A stretch of 64,000 bases of DNA from a bacterium. GTDB taxonomy: Bacteria > Patescibacteriota > Minisyncoccia > Phycocordibacterales > UBA9973. Every line of letters begins with the position of its first letter. Position 1 is the first letter of the stretch. A program made the position numbers and the translations under genes. The notes under the pieces were generated by a model that saw nothing but the letters and a program-made list of their open reading frames with translations, was not told the origin of the DNA and ran no database searches. Location of the stretch: positions 5,424-69,423 of the forward strand of contig JBAXPX010000001.1 in assembly GCA_037132055.1 (NCBI GenBank), in the 5' to 3' direction. This document shows, piece after piece, positions 1 to 8,561 of the stretch.

Positions 1-668
1 AAACTATTGAGGAATGCTATAGAGTTTTAGGAATAGTTCATTCTATGTGGAGACCGTTATTGGGTAGAATTAAAGACTACATAGCATTACCAAAGCCAAA
101 TGGTTATCGTTCCATACATACTACGATATTTACAGGTTCTGGTGGAATTGCAGAAATCCAAATAAGAACAAAGGAAATGCATGACGAAGCTGCATATGGT
201 ATCGCAGCTCACTTTTCCTATAAAGAAAGTGAGAATAAGCCGACTCACCCAGACAAAACAAAATTTGAATGGATAGACGAATTAAAAAACTTAAAAGAAC
301 TTTCAGATAAACCAAATAGATTCATCGAGCATTTAAAAACAGATTTTTTTAATAATAGAATTTTCGTTTTTACACCTGATGGTGATATTATTGATCTTCC
401 AGAAGATTCAAGTCCAGTAGATTTTGCATATTCAATACATTCTGACATAGGCGATCATATATCTGGTACAAAAATAAACGGTAAAATGATGCCAATTAGT
501 GAAAAATTAAAGAATGGCGATATTGTAGAAATAATAAAAAAGAAAGATTCAAATCCTTCAAGTAAATGGCTTGATTATGTAAAAACTTCATACGCAAAAA
601 AACGTATAAAATCTTATCTAGAAAAACATAGCTTGCTAGCTAGGTTAAAATCTTTTGGTCGCAACTAG
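1..668 (+). CDS. C-terminal part of a RelA/SpoT-family (p)ppGpp synthetase/hydrolase (TGS domain present); 5' end lies outside the window
   Basis: The frame is open from base 3 (…ECYRVLGIVHSMW…). The RelA/SpoT synthetase tail YIALPKPNGYRSIHTTI is followed by a TGS-like segment RIFVFTPDGDIIDLPEDSSPVDFAYSIHSDIG. Confidence 0.7.
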   Translation, partial: TIEECYRVLGIVHSMWRPLLGRIKDYIALPKPNGYRSIHTTIFTGSGGIAEIQIRTKEMHDEAAYGIAAHFSYKESENKPTHPDKTKFEWIDELKNLKELSDKPNRFIEHLKTDFFNNRIFVFTPDGDIIDLPEDSSPVDFAYSIHSDIGDHISGTKINGKMMPISEKLKNGDIVEIIKKKDSNPSSKWLDYVKTSYAKKRIKSYLEKHSLLARLKSFGRN

Positions 669-1651
669 AGTGTAAAATTGGAAAGATCATATAATTTTGC
701 CTCATCATCTTTTTTCTCATCATTAGTTCTGTCGTCTATTGGAGCTTCATCTTCACTTGTCTTTTCTAGTTGATTTTCGTTATTTGCTATGTGTTTTTCC
801 AATAATTCAGTGGTTTTTTTAATTATATCTGATTTATTTATTTGATCTAAAATTGTACGTAAATCTTCAACTGAGAAAAAATCTATTTTTATCTGTCCAC
901 CACCATCTTTTCTATCTATATGCACGCGAGTACCTAATTTCTCTTGGAATTCTACTTCTAATTCGACTATTTCTGGATCTGGCATAAATTCTTTTTTGCG
1001 AACTCGGTCAAAGGCAATTTTTCTGGCTAGCTTTTCGGCTTCACGAACTGTAATTTTCTTATATACAATTTCTTTAAACAAAACCAACTGTTCCTCTGGA
1101 TGATCTGCGAGCATGAGTATCGGTCGTGTATGACCTTCAGTAATTTTACCTTCTGATAAACCATTCAAGATTTCTTCTGGGAGAGTCAAAATACGAATAG
1201 AATTTGATACATATTCCCTACTTCTACCCATTTTTTTGGCTACTTCGTTGTGAGTAAATTTAAATTCATTTACTAATTGAAAAAATGCCCGAGCACGATC
1301 AACAACATTTAAATCTTCCCGTTGTAGATTTTCAATAATCGCAAGTTCTAACTTCATCATTGAAGTGTCTCCTTCGCGTATTATTGCGGGAACCTGTGAT
1401 ACGCCTGCTAAAATTGCTGCTCGAAGTCTACGTTCTCCAGCGATTAATTCATATTCAGTCATAAAACCGCCGTCTGCCTTTTGTACTTCCATTCTGGACA
1501 CTGTCAATGGCTGTAAAACGCCATATTGTTTTATAGATTCAGCTAAATCACGCAAGCGGGCTTCGTCAAAATCACGCCTTGGTTGATATGGATTTGGTTT
1601 GATTTTATCGGTATCAATCCAGAAAATTGAATTGGAATATATATTAGACAT
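665..1651 (-). CDS. parB: Chromosome partitioning protein ParB
   Basis: ParB N-terminal box KIKPNPYQPRRDFD and the GERRLRAA motif are present, followed by an acidic C-terminal tail. Confidence 0.8.
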   Translation of the reverse strand: MSNIYSNSIFWIDTDKIKPNPYQPRRDFDEARLRDLAESIKQYGVLQPLTVSRMEVQKADGGFMTEYELIAGERRLRAAILAGVSQVPAIIREGDTSMMKLELAIIENLQREDLNVVDRARAFFQLVNEFKFTHNEVAKKMGRSREYVSNSIRILTLPEEILNGLSEGKITEGHTRPILMLADHPEEQLVLFKEIVYKKITVREAEKLARKIAFDRVRKKEFMPDPEIVELEVEFQEKLGTRVHIDRKDGGGQIKIDFFSVEDLRTILDQINKSDIIKKTTELLEKHIANNENQLEKTSEDEAPIDDRTNDEKKDDEAKLYDLSNFTL

Positions 1652-1732
1652 AAATTTATTTTAACATATTTTTAAAAAATAAAAAAACAGTCTCTTTTGA
1701 GATAAATGTTTATAATAAGTGCAAAAATTTTG

Positions 1733-1816
1733 TGCCCAGGGAGAGAATCGAACTCTCATGATGTTGCCATCAATAGATTTTGAGTCTATCGCGTCTACCA
1801 ATTCCGCCACCTGGGC
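1733..1816 (-). tRNA. tRNA-Leu (anticodon CAA), long variable arm
   Basis: The reverse complement folds as a cloverleaf with a GCCCAGG/CCTGGGC acceptor stem, anticodon loop CUCAAAA and a long extra arm. Confidence 0.8.
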
Positions 1817-1906
1817 ATAACTAGAATATTACTTTAATTATACTTAAAAATCAATTTATCCACAGGTTATATTTGCATTATATCATATATGAGATAATAT
1901 ATATGT

Positions 1907-3418
1907 ATGCAAAAAAATATACAACAAAAGCAAATTGGAGATTTTATTAAAAATTTAAGAGAACAACGAGGCATGACGCAAGATGATTTTGCCAAAGCTC
2001 TCGCTACGTCTCAAAGTGCAGTCGCTCGAATGGAAAAAGGAGAACAAAATTTTTCCACTGAAATTTTATCAAAAATAAGTAACGTCCTCGAACACAAACT
2101 TGTTTGTATAAATGATTCGATTGATTTTGAAGTAAAGGGTGGAAAAAAATTGAGTGGTACTATTAAAACAAATTTTTCTAAAAATGGCTCTGTCGGACTT
2201 TTGTGTGCTTCCCTACTTAATAAAGGAACAACTACTCTTCACGGTATTGCTCGGATAGAAGAAGTGAACCGAGTGATTGAAATTTTAGAAAGCATTGGAG
2301 TACAAATAAAGTGGATTGATAACAATACTGTAATAATTACTCCTCCAAAACAGTTTAAATTAGAAAATATAAACGTAGAATCTGCTGTTAAAACTCGTTC
2401 TATCGTTATGTTTATGGGTCCCCTTATTCATTTTCTTTCATCTTTTTCTTTACCCCATGCCCAAGGATGCAATTTGGGCAAGCGTTCTATTTCTGCTCAT
2501 ATATATGCCTTGGATGAGCTTGGTATAAAAATCAAAACTACCAATAAAAGTTACGAAATAAGCACTAAAAAACTAAAACCTGCTGAAATAGTAATGTATG
2601 AAACAGGCGAAACTGCTTGTGAAAACATTTTGACGGCTTCAGCACTAATTCCAGGTAAAACGATTATTTTTTTTGCTAGCGCAAATTATATGGTACAAGA
2701 AATTTGTTTCTTCCTTGAAACCCTAGGAGTAAAGATAGACGGCATTGGCACTTCTACCTTAATCGTTCACGGAGTAAAAGAAATTAATAAAAATATTGAA
2801 TATTGGAATAGTGAAGACCCAATCGAATCAATGATGTTTATTTCTGCTTGCATTGTTACAGATTCAAAACTTACTATTACTAGATGCCCGATAGATTTTC
2901 TTTCCCTAGAACTTGAAAAGTTAAAAAGGATGAACTTAAAATATAAAGTTTCTAAAATATATTATTCATATAATGGTCGCACAAAACTGGCTGATATAAT
3001 CATTTTTCCAAGTAAATTAAAAGCTTTACCTGATAAAATTCACGCCAATAAATATCCAGGGATAAATATGGATAATTTGCCATTTTTTGTACCAATTGCG
3101 ATAAAAGCCAAGGGTCAAACAATGATCCATGACTTCTTTTATGAAAATAGGGCTATATATTTCACTGAATTAAATCGTTTAGGGGCAGATATCACTCTTG
3201 CCGACCCCCATAGAGTCTATATTCAAGGTGGAACGCCTCTAAAACCTGCTCAAGTTGTCTGTCCACCCGCCCTAAGACCTTCGATGATAATCCTTGTTTC
3301 GATGTTGGGAGCCCCAGGAACCTCAATCCTGCGTAATGTATATATGATTAATCGTGGTTATGAAGAAATTGCAGAACGATTAAACTCCATCGGCGCAGAT
3401 ATAAAAATATTGAAATAA
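1907..3418 (+). CDS. murA: XRE-type helix-turn-helix domain fused N-terminally to a UDP-N-acetylglucosamine 1-carboxyvinyltransferase (MurA)-like enolpyruvyl transferase
   Basis: The first ~65 aa are an XRE/Cro-like HTH (LREQRGMTQDDFAKALATSQSAVARMEKGE). The remainder has MurA hallmarks: KLSGTIKTNFSKNGSVGLLCASLL at the N-terminus, an active-site-like loop HAQGCNLGKR and the C-terminus NRGYEEIAERLNSIGADI. Confidence 0.7.
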   Translation: MQKNIQQKQIGDFIKNLREQRGMTQDDFAKALATSQSAVARMEKGEQNFSTEILSKISNVLEHKLVCINDSIDFEVKGGKKLSGTIKTNFSKNGSVGLLCASLLNKGTTTLHGIARIEEVNRVIEILESIGVQIKWIDNNTVIITPPKQFKLENINVESAVKTRSIVMFMGPLIHFLSSFSLPHAQGCNLGKRSISAHIYALDELGIKIKTTNKSYEISTKKLKPAEIVMYETGETACENILTASALIPGKTIIFFASANYMVQEICFFLETLGVKIDGIGTSTLIVHGVKEINKNIEYWNSEDPIESMMFISACIVTDSKLTITRCPIDFLSLELEKLKRMNLKYKVSKIYYSYNGRTKLADIIIFPSKLKALPDKIHANKYPGINMDNLPFFVPIAIKAKGQTMIHDFFYENRAIYFTELNRLGADITLADPHRVYIQGGTPLKPAQVVCPPALRPSMIILVSMLGAPGTSILRNVYMINRGYEEIAERLNSIGADIKILK

Positions 3419-4341
3419 TGAAAAAAAAGTCAAAAGTTATCGTAATACTTGGTCAAACGGCTACTGGAAAAAGTGATTTGGCTGTTAAAATAGCCCTTCG
3501 ACTATGCTCAGGACAAGCTCAAAAATACGGCGGAGAAATTATATCTGCTGATTCTAGGCAAGTTTATAAAGACCTTGATATTGGTACGGGCAAAATTACT
3601 AAAAAAGAAATGCAAGGTATTCCGCACCACTTGCTTGATGTAACAAACCCAAAGAAAAAATTTACAGTTGTGGAATATCAGAAAAAAGCAATCTCTGCTA
3701 TGGCAGAGATAATTAAAAAAGGCAAAATCCCTATCATTTGTGGAGGTACAGGTTTTTATATTGATGCCATAACAAAAGGAATAATTTTTCCAGAAATTCC
3801 ACCCAGTAATAAACTTCGAAAAATTCTAGAGAAAAAAACTACCCTACAACTTTTTAAAATGCTCCAAAAATTAGATAAAGCTCGAGCAAAAGATATTAAA
3901 AACAAAAACGAACAGAATAATAGAGTACGACTTATTCGAGCGATTGAAATTGCTAAAACTCTCGGTAAAGTTCCTAAAATCATCAAGGACTCCCCTCCGT
4001 ATAAATTTATAAAAATCGGTCTTTTTGCCCCAGCTGATATTCTAAAAGAAAAAATAAACGAAAGACTTTTTGCAAGAATCAAAGTCGGGATGATTAAGGA
4101 AATAGAAAATTTACATAAAAATGGTTTACCGTGGAAAAGAATGGAAGAACTCGGTCTTGAATATAGATATGTTTCATTATATTTACAAAACAAATTAACA
4201 AAAAAAGAAATGACCGAAAAACTAAATTCTGAAATTTATAAGTATGCAAAACGTCAAATGACATGGTTTAAAAGAGATAAAGATATAATTTGGTTTGATG
4301 CATCAAAAAAGAACTTTAAAAATGTATTACCATATCTATAG
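3418..4341 (+). CDS. miaA: tRNA dimethylallyltransferase MiaA
   Basis: P-loop GQTATGKS, followed by IISADSRQVYKDLDIGTGK and GIPHHLLD. Confidence 0.8.
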   Translation: MKKKSKVIVILGQTATGKSDLAVKIALRLCSGQAQKYGGEIISADSRQVYKDLDIGTGKITKKEMQGIPHHLLDVTNPKKKFTVVEYQKKAISAMAEIIKKGKIPIICGGTGFYIDAITKGIIFPEIPPSNKLRKILEKKTTLQLFKMLQKLDKARAKDIKNKNEQNNRVRLIRAIEIAKTLGKVPKIIKDSPPYKFIKIGLFAPADILKEKINERLFARIKVGMIKEIENLHKNGLPWKRMEELGLEYRYVSLYLQNKLTKKEMTEKLNSEIYKYAKRQMTWFKRDKDIIWFDASKKNFKNVLPYL

Positions 4342-4361
4342 GAATAGATTAAATATAAAAA

Positions 4362-4386
4362 AACCCCAGTAAAAACTGGGGAGTGA
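4362..4386. terminator. Bidirectional rho-independent terminator hairpin (CCCCAG-taaaaa-CTGGGG) shared by convergent miaA and the purD-side transcript
   Basis: Perfect 6-bp GC stem with A/T runs on both sides. Confidence 0.55.
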
Positions 4387-4397
4387 GTTGAAAATAA

Positions 4398-4646
4398 TCA
4401 TTCAGGGGAAATAAAGTTCCCCCTTTTGACCGAGAGCTCTCTGTCCTCCTCGGTGGTCTCATCAGATATGGGAGACCCGAATGTAATCTCTTTGTTTTTT
4501 TCTCCATCTTCTGTGGGGATGTTGTACCCGAGATCCGGAAAGACCGGGATCCCGTCATTCGCTTTCTTTTTTGTCATATCTTTAAGATTAAAGGGTTTTT
4601 GTGCTTTTTTAAATAATACAAAACTTAAACAAAAAGTCAAATACAC
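4398..4646 (-). CDS. Hypothetical small ORF (59-82 aa) downstream of purD; alternatively a non-coding structured RNA (see findings)
   Basis: The ORF lies in a locally GC-rich segment (about 50% GC against a roughly 33% background) that contains several perfect hairpins. Coding status is uncertain. Confidence 0.2.
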   Translation of the reverse strand: MYLTFCLSFVLFKKAQKPFNLKDMTKKKANDGIPVFPDLGYNIPTEDGEKNKEITFGSPISDETTEEDRELSVKRGNFISPE

Positions 4647-4656
4647 ATAGAAAAAA

Positions 4657-5955
4657 TCATTTCCCTATATCTTTACGATATTTCATTCCATGAAACCCCA
4701 TCTTGCTTACAGCTTCATAGGTTTTATTGACAGCCTCTTCTTTGGTTTTACCTGCTGCACTTACTACTAATACTCTTCCTCCGTTTGTGACAAGATTGCC
4801 ATCTTTTAAAATGGTTCCTGCGTGAAATATCACTACCTCTTCATTTTTCTCAGCCAATTTTATCCCATCTATTATTTTCCACTTTTCATAATTTTTTGGA
4901 TATCCATCTGAAACCAAGACAACAACACAAGAAAACATTTTTTTCCAATTTATTTTTATTTGGCTCAGATTCCCATCGATACATGCATCAATTATGTCTA
5001 ATAAATCTGTATCTAAAAGTCTAACATATGCTTCTATGGCCGGGTCACCAAAAGAAGCATTGCATTCTAGTATTTTCATTCCACTATTTGTCCGTATAAG
5101 TTCTGGATAAATTATTCCTAAAAATGTGTTTCCATCACTGCTCATCCCTGACAACATTGGGGTAATTATTGTATCTTCTATTTTTTTAAAAAGCTCGATG
5201 TCAGCAAAAGGAAGCGAAATAATAGCTCCCATACCTTTCGTATTTGGTCCTTTATTATTTTCGTTCAGACGTTTAAAATCTTGCACTATTGGTAATATTG
5301 AATAATTTTTGCCATCAGTAAATGCATGTATAGAAACTTCAGAGCCAAGCAAAAGTTCCTCTATTATTGCTTCGTTTCCGGCTTCACCAAACTTTCTTTT
5401 AATTAAAATATCATCAAGGGCAAAAAGTGCTTCATCTAATTTTTCACATATAAAAACACCATTTCCTGGAGTTAATCCATTTACTTTGATAACTAACGGT
5501 AGTGGATGACTTCTGACATAATCTTCTGCCTTTTTATAGTCATTAAAAATTTCAAATTTTGCAGTAGGCAAATTACAACGTTCCATAAAATGCTTCGCAA
5601 AAGATTTTGAAGATTTTACTTGAGAAGCTTGCTTTGTCGGCCCAAATATTCTTAAACCGTCTTTTTTAAATTCATCAACTATCCCTAATGCAAGCGAACT
5701 CTCTGGTACAACAATGGTCAAATCAACCTTTTCTTTTTTAACAAATTCTTTAAGTTCCAATATGTCTATAGGCCTAATTTGCACATTTGTGCCTAAATCT
5801 TTAGTACCAGCATTCCCTGGTGCAAAATAAAGCTCCCCACACCTTGGTGATTGTGCTATTTTCCAACCCAAAGCATGTTCTCTAGCGCCACCTCCTATTA
5901 TTAAAATCCTTTGTTTCTTAATCATTTGCTTATATTGTAATATAATTTTTAACAA
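4657..5955 (-). CDS. purD: Phosphoribosylamine--glycine ligase PurD
   Basis: ILIIGGGAREHALGWKIAQSP, with ATP-grasp architecture throughout. Confidence 0.85.
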   Translation of the reverse strand: MLKIILQYKQMIKKQRILIIGGGAREHALGWKIAQSPRCGELYFAPGNAGTKDLGTNVQIRPIDILELKEFVKKEKVDLTIVVPESSLALGIVDEFKKDGLRIFGPTKQASQVKSSKSFAKHFMERCNLPTAKFEIFNDYKKAEDYVRSHPLPLVIKVNGLTPGNGVFICEKLDEALFALDDILIKRKFGEAGNEAIIEELLLGSEVSIHAFTDGKNYSILPIVQDFKRLNENNKGPNTKGMGAIISLPFADIELFKKIEDTIITPMLSGMSSDGNTFLGIIYPELIRTNSGMKILECNASFGDPAIEAYVRLLDTDLLDIIDACIDGNLSQIKINWKKMFSCVVVLVSDGYPKNYEKWKIIDGIKLAEKNEEVVIFHAGTILKDGNLVTNGGRVLVVSAAGKTKEEAVNKTYEAVSKMGFHGMKYRKDIGK

Positions 5956-6040
5956 AAAACATCTTTTTAGTTATAAGGTTAGGGCCAAAATTAGCCTTTT
6001 TTTATTTGCTTTTTCCTCTATTGTGTATTAAACTAACATT

Positions 6041-6199
6041 ATGTCACAAGATAGACTTATAAAACTCGCTTGCGGAACTTGTAAGAGGATCAATTATTGG
6101 TCTAGTAAAAACAAGAAGCTTGTCACGAAAAAAATAGAGCTTAAAAAGTACTGCAAATGGTGTCGTAAAAACACAAAACACAAAGAAATTAAAAAGTAA
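6041..6199 (+). CDS. rpmG: 50S ribosomal protein L33 (52 aa); absent from the supplied ORF track because it is under 60 aa
   Basis: Translation MSQDRLIKLACGTCKRINYWSSKNKKLVTKKIELKKYCKWCRKNTKHKEIKK fits the L33 zinc-ribbon signature (C..C…NKK…LELKKYC..C…H.HKE.K). A terminator hairpin follows at 6231-6252. Confidence 0.75.
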   Translation: MSQDRLIKLACGTCKRINYWSSKNKKLVTKKIELKKYCKWCRKNTKHKEIKK

Positions 6200-6394
6200 C
6201 TTTTTAATCTTTTCTAGTGTGATACAATAAATGTGCAGTAAGTGTTTACTGCATGTTCTTTATTTTGAATGGATCAGTTTTTAAAAACAAGATCCTAAGA
6301 AATGTATTAATATTTATATTTTTACATTTTTGTCCAGCTCCACTTTCTTGATTAGGTTAAAAAATAAACTTAATTAAAAAAGTGGAGCTTGGAT

Positions 6395-6465
6395 GGGCGA
6401 TTAGTTAAGTGGTATAACTACGGTCTCCAAAACCGTTGTCGGGAGTTCGATTCTCTCATCGCCCG
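6395..6465 (+). tRNA. tRNA-Trp (anticodon CCA)
   Basis: Acceptor GGGCGAT/ATCGCCC, anticodon stem ACGGU/ACCGU with loop CUCCAAA, and a T-loop TTCGATT. Confidence 0.8.
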
Positions 6466-6512
6466 CTGTATTTTATCTTAAAAGAGTTTTGAATATATGT
6501 TAGAATAAAAAC

Positions 6513-7010
6513 ATGATACTTACTACACATGCTGTAACCGGAGCAACATTGGCCACATTGTTTCCAACTCATCCGATCATTGGTTTTGCTGTCGGTTTTT
6601 CTAGCCATTTTCTTTTAGACGCTATCCCCCATTGGGATTATTCTCTTAGAAGCATGAAAGGTGACGACAAAAATCCCATGAATACAGACATGATCATAAA
6701 CAAGGATTTTTTAAAGGACTTGTTGAAAATCGGAGCTGATGGGGTTTTAGGATTATTGTTTTCTTGTGTTTTACTTGGCATTATCTTTCATAACTCTTTT
6801 TTTATAATTCTATTGGGTGCCATGGCTGGGATGATTCCAGATGCATTACAGTTTTTTTATTTTAAATGGAAACACGAACCGTTATTGAGTTTACAACGTT
6901 TTCATATATGGGTTCACCCAAAAATTAACCTACACGATAGACCGGTTGTTGGTGTTTTATCACAAGTAGTACTTATTTGTTTTGTTGTTTTTATCCTATT
7001 TGTTTCTTAA
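6513..7010 (+). CDS. Inner-membrane metal-dependent hydrolase-like protein (DUF457/YdjM-like)
   Basis: N-terminal MILTTHAVTGATL…HFLLDAIPHWDY pattern and several predicted TM helices. Confidence 0.4.
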   Translation: MILTTHAVTGATLATLFPTHPIIGFAVGFSSHFLLDAIPHWDYSLRSMKGDDKNPMNTDMIINKDFLKDLLKIGADGVLGLLFSCVLLGIIFHNSFFIILLGAMAGMIPDALQFFYFKWKHEPLLSLQRFHIWVHPKINLHDRPVVGVLSQVVLICFVVFILFVS

Positions 7011-7078
7011 AAAGAAATTTTATTTAAATGTTATAATTAATTATGTAATAATTAAAGTTTTCCAACGTCTTTATTTAT

Positions 7079-7810
7079 ATGAAAAAAATATTAATTTATA
7101 TTGTTTTAGTTACAGTTGTTTTAATTGGAATCATTGTTTATTTTGTGAATACTAAGAAGGAAGAAGTTGCTATAATTCCAACACCCAAAGAACCAATTGC
7201 TATGTGCTATCAATATCAAAAAGAAACGTCACGTGGTTTTGTTGACCGTGTATGGCTAGAAATGAATATCACAGGAGACAATGGCAATAAAGTAACAGGA
7301 GAATATCAAACTCTTTTAGCAGAAAAAGATAGCAAAGTAGGTACATTTACTGGGACAATTGGTCCGATGAACCCAGAAATTAGTGGCAGAATCGCTGATG
7401 TTTGGTGGGATTCATTAGGTGAAGGTATGCGGGTAACAGAACAATTGAGAATTTTATTTGGCGAAGGTAGTGCTACTGCCCTAGGTGGTGAAATGGTAGA
7501 TCGAGGAGATGGGACATATATTTACAAAGATATTACAAAATTAACACCTGGGATTCAAATGTCGCAGATTGATTGTGGAAGATTGCAAGACCAAAATCTA
7601 GTTGAAAAATATGTTCGTGAAAATATTAATACAATAGTGAAAGAAAAACCTGTTTTAGGAGGTTCATGGTATGCTACTGTTATAAATATAAATCCATTAA
7701 CAAAAAGTGGAACGATGCTGTTAACCTATGAAGATGGTCACATCCAAAGAAAATCAGAATTTAATTACACAATAAATGGCACGCAAATAATAGTCACTCC
7801 AAAAATATAA
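7079..7810 (+). CDS. Hypothetical protein with N-terminal signal-anchor
   Basis: ORF with a hydrophobic N-terminus and no recognisable motif. Confidence 0.4.
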   Translation: MKKILIYIVLVTVVLIGIIVYFVNTKKEEVAIIPTPKEPIAMCYQYQKETSRGFVDRVWLEMNITGDNGNKVTGEYQTLLAEKDSKVGTFTGTIGPMNPEISGRIADVWWDSLGEGMRVTEQLRILFGEGSATALGGEMVDRGDGTYIYKDITKLTPGIQMSQIDCGRLQDQNLVEKYVRENINTIVKEKPVLGGSWYATVININPLTKSGTMLLTYEDGHIQRKSEFNYTINGTQIIVTPKI

Positions 7811-7889
7811 CAAAAGAGCTATCTAAAATAATAAACAAAGTTTTTTATTTTCTATCAAAAAATACAAAATTATAGTAGAATAAGACCCA

Positions 7890-8561
7890 ATGCAAAAAAG
7901 TTATAAATATTTAGGAACTATTAGTGTTTTCTTTGTTTCAGTATTACTAATATCAAATGTAGCCTCGACAAAAATTGTCGATTTTAATTGGTTCACTTTT
8001 GACGGAGGAACTCTTCTTTTTCCACTTAGTTATATTTTTGGAGATATTCTTACTGAGGTTTATGGATATAAAAGAACACGACCTGTGATTTGGCTTGGCT
8101 TTTTTATGGCACTTTTAATGTCTATTATTTTTATAATAGTTGGCAAGTTGCCATCTGCTCCAGGATGGAACAACCAAATTGCATATGATGCAATACTAGG
8201 ATTGACCCCAAGAATTGTGGTTGCTAGTCTTGCTGCATATTTCTGTGGAGAATTTTCTAATTCATTTGTATTAGCAAAAATGAAAATATGGACAAGAGGC
8301 AAAATGCTTTGGATGAGGACAATAGGATCTACTATAATAGGAGAATTTGTAGATAGTATTATTTTTATCACAATAGCGTTTTGGGGGATTCTACCAAATT
8401 CATTATTAATAACACTAATAATCTCAAATTACATATTTAAAACTGGAATTGAGATATTATTTACTCCGGTTACATATAAAATAATCAATTTTCTTAAGAA
8501 AAAAGAAAACGAGGATTATTACGATATAAATACAAAATTTAATCCCTTTTCTATACAATAA
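7890..8561 (+). CDS. Queuosine-precursor transporter family protein (YhhQ/DUF165, VUT family)
   Basis: LLFPLSYIFGDILTEVYGYKRTRPVIWLGFF resembles the YhhQ core, and the protein is polytopic. Confidence 0.55.
   Translation: MQKSYKYLGTISVFFVSVLLISNVASTKIVDFNWFTFDGGTLLFPLSYIFGDILTEVYGYKRTRPVIWLGFFMALLMSIIFIIVGKLPSAPGWNNQIAYDAILGLTPRIVVASLAAYFCGEFSNSFVLAKMKIWTRGKMLWMRTIGSTIIGEFVDSIIFITIAFWGILPNSLLITLIISNYIFKTGIEILFTPVTYKIINFLKKKENEDYYDINTKFNPFSIQ

Noticed and set aside
4520-4545. GGAAAGACCGGGATCC resembles the RNase P RNA P4/CR-I motif.
   Set aside because: Only about 120 nt remain before purD on that strand, and no matching P4 3' strand (CCCGGUCU) or other conserved RNase P regions are present.
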